A DNA stretch of 64,000 nucleotides from an uncultured Gemmatimonadales bacterium. GTDB lineage: Bacteria; Gemmatimonadota; Gemmatimonadetes; Gemmatimonadales; GWC2-71-9. The DNA is taken from contig CAWBVP010000002.1 of NCBI GenBank assembly GCA_963792265.1, forward strand, positions 101,331 to 165,330. Direction: 5' to 3'. Every line of letters starts with the position of its first letter. The stretch's first letter is position 1. A program made the position numbers and the translations under genes. Below the pieces are notes generated by a model. That model did no database searches. It saw only the letters and a list, made by a program, of their open reading frames with translations, and was not told the origin of the DNA. Positions 42,665-53,038 of the stretch are shown piece by piece.

Positions 42665-43468
42665 ATGTTAGGATTTAAGAAGTTAGCACCGGCCCGAGTC
42701 GGAGGGGAGGCGGCGGCTGTGCTGGACCGGAAATGCGTCTTGGTAACCGGAGCATCCAGTGGAATCGGCCGCGCCATCGCACTCCGGTGCGCCGGGGCCG
42801 GTGCCGATCTGGCCATCACCTATCGCAAGAATCGGGATGGTGCGGAAGCCACTGCCCGGGAGGCCCGCGAGTTGGGCCGCCGGGTGGAGGTAGTGCGCGC
42901 CGATATCAGCCGACCCGACGACATCGAAGCACTCGTCAAGCATCTGCGCCAGGCGTTCGACCGGGTGGATGTCTGGATCAACAACGCGGGAGCCGATATC
43001 CTGACCGGCGAGGCCGGCCGGCTCTCCCGGCTACAAAAACTCGATCTGGTGCTTGCCGTCGATCTTCGCGGCACGGTGCTGGCCTCCTGGGCGGCCGTCG
43101 ATCTCATGCGAGAACAGGGTGGCGGGACCATCATCAACATGGCCTGGGATCACGTCACCCAGGGTATGGAAGGAGAGAATCCCGCGGTGTACTCTGCCGC
43201 TAAAGGCGGGGTTGCCAGCTTCAGCAGATCGCTCGCCCGCGATGTGGCACCGGCAATCCGGGTGAACATCCTTGCCCCCGGGTTCATCGAGACTGCCTTC
43301 GGCGAGGAGGCCGATCCCAAATTTCGGCAGAAAGTGATCGAGATGACGCCACTCCGGCGCTGGGGGAAGCCCGAGGACGTGGCCGCCGCCGCGCTCTTTC
43401 TGGCCTCGGACGACGCGGCGTTTCTCAGCGGGCAGATGATTATGGTGAATGGGGGAGTGGTGATGTGA
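42665..43468 (+). CDS. short-chain dehydrogenase/reductase
   Basis: Intact 267 aa with TGASSGIG, NNAG and YSAAKGG. Any pteridine-reductase role is inferred only from gene context. Confidence 0.85.
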   Translation: MLGFKKLAPARVGGEAAAVLDRKCVLVTGASSGIGRAIALRCAGAGADLAITYRKNRDGAEATAREARELGRRVEVVRADISRPDDIEALVKHLRQAFDRVDVWINNAGADILTGEAGRLSRLQKLDLVLAVDLRGTVLASWAAVDLMREQGGGTIINMAWDHVTQGMEGENPAVYSAAKGGVASFSRSLARDVAPAIRVNILAPGFIETAFGEEADPKFRQKVIEMTPLRRWGKPEDVAAAALFLASDDAAFLSGQMIMVNGGVVM

Positions 43469-43571
43469 GAGCGGGCTATGAGCTATTGGCTGCTGCGGTT
43501 GCCGACTAGCTCCCAGCACTCAGAGCTGATAGCCAGATCGACCAATGGCCCATAGCGAACAAGGAGGAACG

Positions 43572-43935
43572 ATGCCGGCAACCAAAGAGACGAACCTACA
43601 ACGAAACCGAAATCAACGAGCGGCTCAAGGAGCTGTCCGGCTGGTATTACGAGGACGGCTGGATCCGGCGGGTGTACAAGACCGATGGCTGGCCCACCAC
43701 GCTGATGCTGGTCAACGCGGTCGGCTTCCTGGCAGAAGCGGCCTACCATCATCCGGACCTGACCGTTACCTGGGGCCGGCTCACCGTGAAGCTCCAGAAT
43801 CATGCGGCCGGCGGAATCACCGACAAGGATTTCGAGCTGGCCCGGAAGATCGAGGAGGTCGTTCTTTGGCGTCCCCAGGGTGGGGCGCTCGAGGGCACGC
43901 CCAACAAGTGGGTGCGACCGGGGGATCCGAGATAG
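43572..43935 (+). CDS. pterin-4a-carbinolamine dehydratase
   Basis: EINERLKELSGW and EAAYHHPDLTVTWGRLTVKL. AAGGAGG RBS. There is a frameshift just after the ATG. Confidence 0.8.
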
Positions 43936-45355
43936 TCGCTCCCCCCGCCGGGTCCTCTTCGTAACCGGCACCCTGGCGGAGCCGGCGCTCCGGCGGGTGC
44001 TGGCCGACATGCGGCCTCCCTTCGAGGCGCCGGTCGCGGTCTTGAAGATCACCGTGGCTGCGCTGATGACCACTCCCTGGATTGCCAAACATCTGGAGGT
44101 GCCGCCAGAAACCGATCTCGTCCTCATTCCGGGGCTCTGTGAAGGAGATCCCGGCATCCTGATCGACCGGTTCGGGGTAAAGGCAGAGAAAGGGCCCAAG
44201 GACCTGCGCCAGATTCCCCATTACTTCGGCCAGGCTCAGGCAGCGCCGGATTACGGCAGCTATGCGATCGAGATTCTGGCCGAGATCAACAACGCGCCAA
44301 AGCTCCCACCCGCCCAGTTCAGAGCCGCCGCCAATTACTTCCAGGCCAGCGGTGCTGATCTCATCGACATCGGTTGTACTCCCGGCGTTCCTTTCCCCCA
44401 GCTGGGCAACCTGGTGCGCGAGCTGCGCCAGGCCGGAATGCGGGTCAGTGTGGACAGCTTCGATCCCGGGGAAATTGTCAGCGCAGTGGAAGCCGGGGCG
44501 GAGTTGGTCCTCAGCGTAAACAACTCCAACCTCGAGGTGGCCCGCCAGCTCGGCGGCAGCGAGACCCGGGTGGTGGTCATCCCCGACTTCGGCGAGGGGC
44601 TCGACACTCTCGACCGCAGCATCGAGGCGCTGGAGCGGTGGAACGTTCGCTACCTGATCGATCCCGTCATCGAGCCGATCGGATTCGGGTTCATGGCCTC
44701 GCTGGAGCGGTACGCCGAGGTGCACCGCCGGTACCCGACGTCGGCGCAGCTGATGGGTGTCGGCAACATCACTGAGCTTACCAGTGCCGACAGCACCGGG
44801 GTCAATGCCGTGCTGCTGGCGATCTGTGAGGAGGTGGGCGTCCGCGCGGTCCTGACCACCGAAGTGATCCCGTGGGCCCGGGGCGCGGTGCGGGAGATCG
44901 ATATCGCTCGCCGTCTCATGCACTACTCGGTGAGCCATCGGACCGTCCCCAAGGGTGTAGACGACCGGCTGCTCACGGTGAAAGACCCCGAGATCCTCGA
45001 GTGGGACGAGGCCGAGCTGCGCCGGCTCCACGCGGCAGTCCGGGATCCCAACTTCCGGATCTTCGCCGATCGGCAGACCATCACCGTCTTCAACAACGAG
45101 ATCTTTGTCCGCGGCACCGACATCCAGGAGATCTTCTCCCAGTTGGGAGTGGACGAGGCCACTCATGCCTTCTATCTGGGCCGGGAGCTGATGAAGGCCA
45201 AGTTGGCGATCACCCTGGGCAAGACCTACCGCCAGGAGGGGGCTCTCACTTGGGGCTACCTCACCCCACCAGATGACGTGAAGTCGGAGCACGTCAAGCT
45301 GACCCAGCGGTCGCGAAGAAAGCGGGCAGGCGCTCCTCCGGCGGATGGAGGATGA
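43908..45355 (+). CDS. dihydropteroate synthase-like pterin-binding protein (H4MPT biosynthesis type)
   Basis: VLFVTGTLAEP, GADLIDIGCTPG, the DHPS barrel, and a C-terminal DUF4346-like domain. The start is uncertain because a C6 run at 43941-43946 lies between the frames. Confidence 0.8.
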
Positions 45356-46893
45356 AGCCGGGGTACGCTCCGCTGGTCGAGCCCTTGGGCGAGACCGCTG
45401 AGCCCGCGGAGGTCTGCGCCCGCTTCCTGGATCTTCCTTACCTTTTTTTCCTCGACAGCGCGGCCATGCACCCCTATCCGCGCCGGCCGCAGGAGGAGCG
45501 GCCCACCGGAGACCTCGAGCAGTACTCCTTCCTTTCTGCCGACCCCGTCGCTCTCGTTCGAAGCAAGGGCAGCGTCACCGAGATGCGGCAAGCAGCGAGC
45601 ACCCCGTGGATCACCGTCCCTGGGGACGCGCTCACCGTGGCCCGCGGACTGCTGCCCCAGGAGCCATTGGCACCGGTGTCCGGGGTTCCACCATTTCAGG
45701 GCGGATTGGCCGGCTACATCGGCTACGACTGGGGTGCGGTGCTCGAACGTCTGCCGCGAACCCGGTATGACGATCTCTCGATCCCCGATGTTGTGCTGGG
45801 ACTCTATGACTGGGTGATCGCCTGGGACCACCGAATCGGGACCGCCTGGCTGATCTCGACCGGCCTGCCGGCCACCGGAGCGGAGCGGGAGCCTCGGGCG
45901 CGCAAGCGGATGGATCTGGTGCGCGAGCGCCTGGGTGGACGGGTGGCCAAGCCAACAGTTGAACCGGCAAGGCCGCCTGGAGTCGCGCCACCTCTTCCCG
46001 GAGATTCCCCCGCCCCGTCGTACCCAGTCAAAGGGATCGTGGGCGCCCGCGAGATCGGACTGCGCTCGACCTTCACTCACCAGGACTACCTCGACGCCGT
46101 TGGCCGGGTGAGGGAGTACATCATCGCCGGAGACATCTTCCAGGCCAATCTCTCCCAGCGGTTTCAGACCGGGTTGCCCGAGAAGCCGTTCGATCTCTAT
46201 CGGCGGCTGCGCCGGCGCAACCCTGCCCCCTTCGCCGCCTACCTCGACTACGGCGACATGGCCATCCTCAGTGCTTCACCGGAGCGCTTTCTTCGGCTCG
46301 ACGAACAGCGGCGGCTGGTCGAGACCCGGCCGATCAAGGGCACCCGCCCTCGCGGACTGGGGCCGATGCACGACGCGGCGCTGGGCCGGGCGCTGGCGGA
46401 GAGCGAGAAGGACCGCGCGGAAAACGTGATGATTGTGGACCTGCTGCGAAACGATCTCTCCCGGGTCTGCCGGGCGGGAACTGTTCGCGTCCCGGAGCTC
46501 TTTGCTCTGGAGCACCATCCCACGGTGCACCATCTGGTGTCGACCGTGATCGGTGAGCTGGAGCCGGGCGCCCAGGCGGCCGATTTGATCCGGGCGGCGT
46601 TCCCCGGCGGCTCGATCACCGGCGCGCCCAAGGTGAGAGCGATGGAGATCATCGCTGAGCTGGAGCCGACTCAACGGGGGGTGTACTGCGGCTCAGTGGG
46701 ATACATCAGCGTCACTGGCGCGATGGATACCAGCATCGTCATTCGTACCTATCTGGCGCTTCGGGGGCAGGTATACTTTCAGGCCGGCGGCGGGATCGTG
46801 GCCGATTCCGATCCGGAGCTGGAGTATCGGGAGACGCTCGACAAGGCCCGGGGGTTGATCGAGACGTTAGTTGAGAGTCCGCGAATCAGATGA
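45352..46893 (+). CDS. pabB: aminodeoxychorismate synthase component I
   Basis: Intact 513 aa with SPERFLRL, PIKGTRPRG, GGSITGAPK and AGGGIVADS. Confidence 0.9.
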   Translation: MKPGYAPLVEPLGETAEPAEVCARFLDLPYLFFLDSAAMHPYPRRPQEERPTGDLEQYSFLSADPVALVRSKGSVTEMRQAASTPWITVPGDALTVARGLLPQEPLAPVSGVPPFQGGLAGYIGYDWGAVLERLPRTRYDDLSIPDVVLGLYDWVIAWDHRIGTAWLISTGLPATGAEREPRARKRMDLVRERLGGRVAKPTVEPARPPGVAPPLPGDSPAPSYPVKGIVGAREIGLRSTFTHQDYLDAVGRVREYIIAGDIFQANLSQRFQTGLPEKPFDLYRRLRRRNPAPFAAYLDYGDMAILSASPERFLRLDEQRRLVETRPIKGTRPRGLGPMHDAALGRALAESEKDRAENVMIVDLLRNDLSRVCRAGTVRVPELFALEHHPTVHHLVSTVIGELEPGAQAADLIRAAFPGGSITGAPKVRAMEIIAELEPTQRGVYCGSVGYISVTGAMDTSIVIRTYLALRGQVYFQAGGGIVADSDPELEYRETLDKARGLIETLVESPRIR

Positions 46894-47564
46894 TCCTGCT
46901 AATCGACAACTACGACTCCTTCGTCTACAACCTCGCCCGTTATGTACGTGAGCTGGGCGAAACCCCGCTGGTTCGGCGGCACGATGCCATCGACGTGGAC
47001 GAGATCCTCGGCCTGAGCCCGTCGCACATCATCATCTCCCCTGGACCTTGCTCGCCCAACGAGGCCGGGATCTCTACCGAAGTCGTCCGCCGGATCGGGC
47101 CCCTGATACCGATCCTCGGCGTGTGTCTGGGCCACCAGTGCATTGGAGCCGCCTACGGAGGAGCTATCCTGCGCGCAGGCCACCCCATGCACGGAAAGAC
47201 TTCCCGGATCCATCACTCTGGCACCGGATTGTTCTCCGGGCTCCCCAGTCCTTTCATAGCCACCCGGTATCACTCCCTGGTCATCGCGCCCGGGTCGGTA
47301 CCGCCCAGCCTGGAGGTGACGGCGACGTCGGAAGACGGGGAGATCATGGCGGTCCGCCACGTGAAGCACCCAGTCTACGGGGTACAGTTCCACCCCGAGT
47401 CGGTATTGACCGAGCACGGTTACCGTATTCTCGACCACTTCCTCCATGGCGTGCCTGCCAGCCCCCGGCCACTTCCCGAAGGGGCCGATGGGGTCCTTCT
47501 ACCCCGTCGCTTCGACAGCAGCAGCCTGGCCACCAACCCCCCGCCGGTTGACCTGGTTCGGTGA
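46890..47564 (+). CDS. pabA: anthranilate/aminodeoxychorismate synthase glutamine amidotransferase component
   Basis: MILLIDNYDSFVYNL, GVCLGHQ and GVQFHPES. Confidence 0.9.
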   Translation: MILLIDNYDSFVYNLARYVRELGETPLVRRHDAIDVDEILGLSPSHIIISPGPCSPNEAGISTEVVRRIGPLIPILGVCLGHQCIGAAYGGAILRAGHPMHGKTSRIHHSGTGLFSGLPSPFIATRYHSLVIAPGSVPPSLEVTATSEDGEIMAVRHVKHPVYGVQFHPESVLTEHGYRILDHFLHGVPASPRPLPEGADGVLLPRRFDSSSLATNPPPVDLVR

Positions 47565-48106
47565 TCGTCGAGACCATCGTGACCACGAGGGACACCCAGG
47601 GGGCCATCAACTTTGCCCCCATGGGAGTGGAGTGGGGCGATGAGACCATTGTGCTGAAGCCGTTTCTGGAGACGACCACCTTTCGTAATCTGAGCGCCAC
47701 CCGCGCCGCGGTCGTCAACCTCACCGACGATGTCATGCTCTTCGCTCAGGGAGCGATCTCGAGTCCCCAGTTTCCCTCGTCCCCGGCCCGCGTGGTTAGT
47801 GGCGTTGTGCTCGAGGCCGCCTGCTCCTGGCGGGAGCTCGAGGTGCTGCAGATCGACGCCACTCCGCCGCGCTCTCGCATCGAGACCCGAGTGGTGCACC
47901 GGGGAGTGCGCCGCGAGTTCATCGGGTTCAATCGGGCTCGCCATGCGGTGCTCGAGGCCGCCATCCTGGCCACTCGTACCCACCTGATTCCGCCGGAGCA
48001 GATCCGGGAGGAGTTCGCCCGACTCCAGGTCATCGTGGACAAGACCGCCGGGCCTCGGGAGCAGGAGGCGATGGAGCTCCTGACCCAGTATGTCCGATCG
48101 CACTAG
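47561..48106 (+). CDS. DUF447 family protein of H4MPT clusters
   Basis: Intact 181 aa with IVTTRDTQGAINFAPMGV. Confidence 0.7.
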   Translation: MIVETIVTTRDTQGAINFAPMGVEWGDETIVLKPFLETTTFRNLSATRAAVVNLTDDVMLFAQGAISSPQFPSSPARVVSGVVLEAACSWRELEVLQIDATPPRSRIETRVVHRGVRREFIGFNRARHAVLEAAILATRTHLIPPEQIREEFARLQVIVDKTAGPREQEAMELLTQYVRSH

Positions 48107-49065
48107 CATTTTCGTCGAGGCTCCTGCCCGGCTGCATTTCGGGGTGCTCGATCTGCGCGGCCGGCTGGGGCGCTGTTTCGGCGGCCTCGGCGCGGCGATT
48201 CCCAACCCTTCATTACTGCTGGAAGCCCGGCCCTCGGCTCGGGTCTCGGCCGAAGGACCCGACGCCGAGCGGGCTACCGAATTCGCCAACCGGTTTCTTG
48301 CCTTCCATCGCCTGCAGCGGCGGCGTCCACCTGGTTCTCCACCGCACCATTCCCGATCACGCCGGACTCGGCTCCGGAACGCAGTTGGGTCTCTCGGTCG
48401 GCCGCGCCATCGCCGAGTTGCGCGGCCTCCCACCGGACCCGGTGGAGCTGGCCCGGGCTACCGGCCGGGGCCGGCGGTCGGCCATAGGAACCTGGGCCTT
48501 TGCGCTCGGCGGGTTCATCGTGGAGGGTGGCCGGCAACCGGGCTCGGATCGGCTGGCGCCGCTGCTGGCGCGCTTTGCCATTCCGGAGAGCTGGCGCTAC
48601 GTGGTTGCGGTGCCCGCCGGCGGCAGGGGCCTGAGTGGTGAGGCCGAGGCGCGAGCGTTCGAGCAGCTTCCCTCTCCGCCGGACCGGGAAGTCGAGCGGG
48701 TCTCGCACCTGGTGCTGATGCAGCTGCTCCCTGCGCTGGTGGAGGCCGACCTGCCCAGCTTCGGGGCGGCACTGTCGGAAATTCAACGGGTGACCGGCGC
48801 CTGGTTTGCGGCCCAGCAGGGCGGAGTCTTCGCTCCCGGACCGACGGCGAGGCTGGTAGCCGATCTGGCCGAGTGGGGCGCGGCAGGGGTGGGGCAGAGC
48901 TCCTGGGGTCCGGCCGCCTACGGGCTGGTCGAAAACGACGCCCAGGCCGAGGCGCTGGCGGACCGGGCTCGGCGGGCCCTGGGGTCTACCGGTCGGGTTT
49001 TCGCAGGGGGATTTGCGGCTCAGGGAGCCCGGGTTTGGACCGGTCCGGCAGGCTCCCCGAACTGA
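48090..49065 (+). CDS. mptG: beta-ribofuranosylaminobenzene 5'-phosphate synthase (GHMP kinase fold)
   Basis: APARLHFGVLDL and IPDHAGLGSGTQLGLSV. There is a frameshift near 48300. Confidence 0.8.
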
Positions 49066-49094
49066 TTGACAGTTCATTTTTCAGGGTGTATACT
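49066..49094 (+). promoter_or_regulatory. consensus sigma70 promoter TTGACA-N17-TATACT
   Basis: The -35 is at 49066-49071, starting one base after the mptG stop, and the -10 is at 49089-49094. It lies 580 nt upstream of the xoxF ATG. Confidence 0.55.
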
Positions 49095-49674
49095 GACCCC
49101 TCTAAGCCTCCCGTAATTGGCGACTTGGCAGGTTTCAAGACCCGGCCGGGTCTTGCGCTATTGATCTCCGCTCGTTGCGGGACGGAACCAAAAAACGCTG
49201 TAGCGGCATGGCCGGTTGGCATGCTGTCTCCCCAGTTGCAGTTCTTTACTGACGGACAAGGGTCGAGCGGCCTCCCCTGAGGGATGTAATGGGTTTGCTC
49301 CCGTTTGCTGCCACCATTTCGTCGATGCTGGAACCGCTGGCCGGACGTACCTTGGCGGCCAGGAGATTCGTATACCCACCAGTGCAGGTCTTTCGACGGT
49401 CCCTCCCGGTCCACCACTCTCCGGTCCCATTCTCAGTCTCGCGCGATCGATCCGCACTCTGCTGATCGCGCCTCCCAATCCATCCAGCGGGATTCGCTCA
49501 GGCGTAGTACTTCAGGACCGGGGCCACGCTCCGCCGATGGATGCTTCCGACCGTCGAGCGCGGGCCTCCGGCCACCCTCTGCGTTTGAAGTCGGTATTCG
49601 CAGCACGAGGCATAGAATCACTCACGTGGAATGTTAGTAAAGCAGGAGAATCACCCTTTTCCCTGAGGTCAGTT

Positions 49675-51487
49675 ATGAACCGTTTTGCGCAGAAGGTGGT
49701 GTCTGGCGGGCTCGCTGCGGGTCTCTCGGTAGCCGTAGCGATGTCAGCCAGCGCCCAACAGGCGCGGTCGGGGGCTTGGACCCTGAACGCGCCCGAGGGC
49801 GAATGGCACATGACCGGTCGTGATTACAGCCTGCAGCGGTTCAGCCCGCTCAAGCAGATCACGACGTCGAACGTGGCCGAGCTCCGGCCCGTCTGGTCGT
49901 TCTCGACCGGGACGCTTCGGGGGCACGAGGGCAATCCGCTCGTGATCGGCAACGTGATGTACGTGCACACGTCCTTCCCGAACATCGTGTACGCGCTCGA
50001 TCTCTCCAAGCCCGGCGCGCCGCAGATCTGGAAGCACGTGCCCAACCAGTCGCCCGACGCGATTCCAATCGCGTGCTGCGACCTGGTGAACCGCGGGACC
50101 GCCTATCACCCGAGCGGCAAGATCTTCATCCAGCTGCTCCAGGGTGAGCTGCTCGCGCTCGATGCCAAGACCGGCAAAGAGCTGTGGAAGGTCAAGAACG
50201 CCGACTACAAGCAGGGCTCGACGATGACCAACGCCCCGATCGTGATCAAGGACCTCGTCATCGCCGGTATCTCGGGCGGTGAGTTCGGCGTCCGCGGCCG
50301 CGTGACGGCGTACAATGTCAACGACGGCAAAGAAGTCTGGCGCGGCTATAGCACCGGGCCGGACAGCGAAGTCCTGATCGAGGGCGACGCCAACGCCAAC
50401 TATCCGTCCCACAAGGGCAAGGACCTCGGCGTCTCGACCTGGCAGGGTGATGAGTGGAAGCGGGGCGGCGGCACCACCTGGGGCTGGTACTCCTACGACC
50501 CCGAGCTGAACCTCTTCTACTACAGCACCGGCAACCCGGGCACCTGGAACCCCGACCAGCGGCCGGGCGACAACAAGTGGTCCATGACCATCTTCGCCCG
50601 CAACCCGGACAACGGGCAGGTGAAGTGGGCCTATCAGATGACGCCGCACGATGAGTGGGACTACGATGGCGTCAACGAGAACGTCCTGTTCGAGAGCGGT
50701 GGCAAGAAGCTGCTGGCGCACTTCGACCGTAACGGCTTCGGCTACACCCTCGACCGCACCACCGGTAAGGTCCTGGTCGCGCAGCCCTATGGTCCGGTCA
50801 ACTGGGCCAAGCGGGTCGATCTGACCACCGGCGTGCCGGAGAAGGATCCGAAGTACGGCACCACCGCGAAGAAGAACACCGAGGGCATCTGCCCCGCGGC
50901 GATCGGCTTCAAGGATCAGCAGCCGTCGGCCTACTCGCCGATGACCGGCCTCTTCTACGTCCCGGCGAACCACATCTGCATGGACTATGAAGGCGTCGAA
51001 GTGAAGTACACCGCCGGTCAGCCGTACGTCGGCGCGATCGTGCGGATGTTCCCGGGCCCGGGCGGTCACCGTGGCAATTTCATCGCCTGGGATCCGATGA
51101 AGGGCAAGGCGGTGTGGTCGAACAAGGAGAACCTCGCGGCCTACGGCGGGGCGCTCACCACGGCGGGTGGCCTGGTCTTCTACGGCACCATGGAAGGCTG
51201 GCTCAAGGCGCTTGACCAGAAGACCGGCAAGAGCCTGTGGCAGTACAAGACCCCGTCGGGCATCATCGGCAACCCGATGACCTACAACGGTCCCGATGGC
51301 CAGCAGTACGTGGCCGTGCTCTCCGGCATCGGTGGCTGGGCCGGCATCGGCGTAGCCGCCGGCATCGGCGCCGAAGATCCGACCGCCGGTCTGGGCGCGC
51401 TGGGCGCGTTCGGCGACGCGGGTAACTTCAGCAACCAGGGTGGCGTGCTGACGGTCTTCGCGCTCAAGAATCACGGCAATGAAGTAA
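49675..51487 (+). CDS. xoxF: lanthanide-type PQQ methanol dehydrogenase
   Basis: Signal peptide, vicinal cysteines in PIACCDLVNRG, and HDEWDYDGVNE, where the Asp two residues after the catalytic Asp marks XoxF rather than MxaF. The in-frame stop is missing, so the end is approximate. Confidence 0.95.
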
Positions 51488-51502
51488 GCGGTAACCCGGC
51501 AG

Positions 51503-51529
51503 GGCTGGAGGTTTCCCCTCCAGCCTTTT
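51503..51529 (+). terminator. intrinsic terminator-like hairpin after xoxF
   Basis: GGCTGGAGG-tttcc-CCTCCAGCC followed by TTTT. Confidence 0.6.
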
Positions 51530-51646
51530 ACCGGGATACATTACAGGAAGTGAGAGACGGCGCCGGGCAGCTGTTCGCTCCGGCGCCGTTCTTGTTCCAC
51601 TGCCGGAGGGACTTGCCGGTGGTACCCGCTGGCTGGCCCCTCCCAC

Positions 51647-52544
51647 GTGACTGTTCGATGTCCTGCATCGCTTCCGGCTCGCGTCTCGCTGGTCCTTGGG
51701 CTAGCCTGCGCCTGCCGCTCAGCTCTGCCGGCTCAGGCGCTGCGGCCCGCGTCCAGCAGCCTGGGGTCCTCCGGGTCTGCGCCGACACGGACAACATGCC
51801 GCTTCTCCAACCAGAAGGGCGAAGGGTTACGAAAAGAAGATTGCCGAGCTGATCGCCAAGGACTGGAAGTCGAAGATCGAGTACGCCTGGTGGCCGGTCC
51901 GGCGGGGCTATTACCGGGCGCTGAACGGCACCTATTGCGACGTGATCATCGAATCCCCCGCCGGGCTGGACAGGCCGGCGTCACCAAGCCGTATTACCGC
52001 TCCGGCTATGCCTTCGTCAGCCGCAAGGGAGAGCGGCTTCGAGGACATCAAGTCGCTGGCCGATCCCCGGCTCAAGAAGCTCAAGATCGGAGTCAATATG
52101 TTCGACTCCGACGACGGCGAGAACTCGCCGCCGGCAATGGCCCTCAGCCGCTACGGCGTGGTCGGCAACCTCCGGGGCTACAACACCTCGTATGACCGAG
52201 AATATCCGGCCCGAAGACATCATCAACGGGGTGGCCAAGAAGGACATCGACGTGGCGATCGTCTGGGGGCCGATGGCCGGCTACTTCGTGAAGAAGGCCT
52301 CGGTGCCGCTGGTGCTCACCCCGCATCGCGGCCGAGCAGGGATTCGGCCACCGGCTTTCCCATGCAGTACAACATCGGCATGGCGGTCCGGCGCCAGGAT
52401 AAGGCGCTGCGCGACAGCCTGCAGACTCTGCTCGACCGGAGAGCGCCCGACATCCAGGCCATTCTGAAAGCAGCTATGGAGTCCCGGTTATTCCCCTCGA
52501 AGACCGAGGCGCCAGCGGATTCAGGACGCGCGGCTAAACCCTGA
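51647..52544 (+). CDS. xoxJ: XoxJ/MxaJ-like periplasmic binding protein
   Basis: Signal peptide, LRVCADTDNMP, TKPYYRSGYAF, VAIVWGPMAGYF and QYNIGMAVR. It is spread over at least 4 frames. Confidence 0.75.
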
Positions 52545-52648
52545 ATCCGACCGCGTCACCCCCTCTGCCCCACCCGAAAGGATCGCCTGCCGAGCATGGC
52601 TACACCCACCTCGTCCGTCTTGCCCGCGCGCTGCGCGGTCCAGCCATC

Positions 52649-53035
52649 GTGTTGGGCTTGTGCGCGCTGGCTTCCCGGGCCTCGGCCCAGGAGCTGAGAG
52701 ATCAGTATCACCAGGCTCCCCGCGACACGGTCTCCCAGGAGGTCTACGATGGCTGGAAGCAGTTCAACCTGAACTGCGCCCGCTGTCATGGCGAGGACGT
52801 ACAAGGCACGACTATCGCTCCGCACCTCATCCTCTCGCTCAAGCCCGACGGCCCGATCAACACCAAGGAGTTGTTCATTCAGACGGTGTGCGCCGGACGC
52901 CCGGCCAAGGGGATGCCATCCTGGTGCGCCCTGGGAATGGAGCTGCCCACCATCGAGAAGATCTACGCCTACGTGAAAGGCCGGAGCGATGCGAAGATTG
53001 CGCCGGGCCGGCCCGCGGTGAAGTCGGGGGCATAG
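52649..53035 (+). CDS. xoxG: XoxG-type c-type cytochrome
   Basis: CARCHG heme motif downstream of xoxJ. The signal peptide probably starts at the out-of-frame ATG 52596. Confidence 0.8.
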   Translation: MLGLCALASRASAQELRDQYHQAPRDTVSQEVYDGWKQFNLNCARCHGEDVQGTTIAPHLILSLKPDGPINTKELFIQTVCAGRPAKGMPSWCALGMELPTIEKIYAYVKGRSDAKIAPGRPAVKSGA

Positions 53036-53038
53036 AGG

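Noticed and set aside
43480-43510. Sigma54-like TGGCTG-N5-GTTGC upstream of the PCD gene.
   Set aside because: The GG-to-GC spacing is one base longer than the -24/-12 consensus, and no enhancer-binding protein gene is nearby.
49230-49400. ZTP- or THF-type riboswitch in the C1-gene leader, suggested by GGGTCG and CCGCTGGCCGG...GGCGGCCAGG fragments.
   Set aside because: As far as I can recall the ZTP (pfl) consensus, its conserved elements (an ACUGGCG-type segment and the 3' CCGCCUGGGC-type pseudoknot) are absent. No THF core motifs are present either.
49216-49674. Stop-free in-frame extension upstream of xoxF (track ORF 49216-51852 starts MACCLPSCSS...).
   Set aside because: The composition is not protein-like. 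A canonical signal peptide and a GAGG RBS occur at ATG 49675. I treat the region as a non-coding leader, and the long open frame is noted in the leader finding.
49744-51474. 576-aa antisense ORF opposite xoxF. Similar long antisense ORFs occur at 43817-45292, 28773-30041, 24479-25507, 53106-54032, 40126-41472, 1895-3004 and 10873-11796.
   Set aside because: These are shadow ORFs typical of high-GC DNA. The opposite strand carries strong family-level matches, and the antisense translations are Arg/Gly/Pro-rich low-complexity sequence.
51488-51852. xoxF ORF reading through into xoxJ.
   Set aside because: Homologs end near ...GGVLTVFAL. Out-of-frame TGA and TAA lie at 51480-51487, and a strong terminator hairpin lies at 51503-51529. 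The most likely explanation is a 1-nt indel rather than a fusion.
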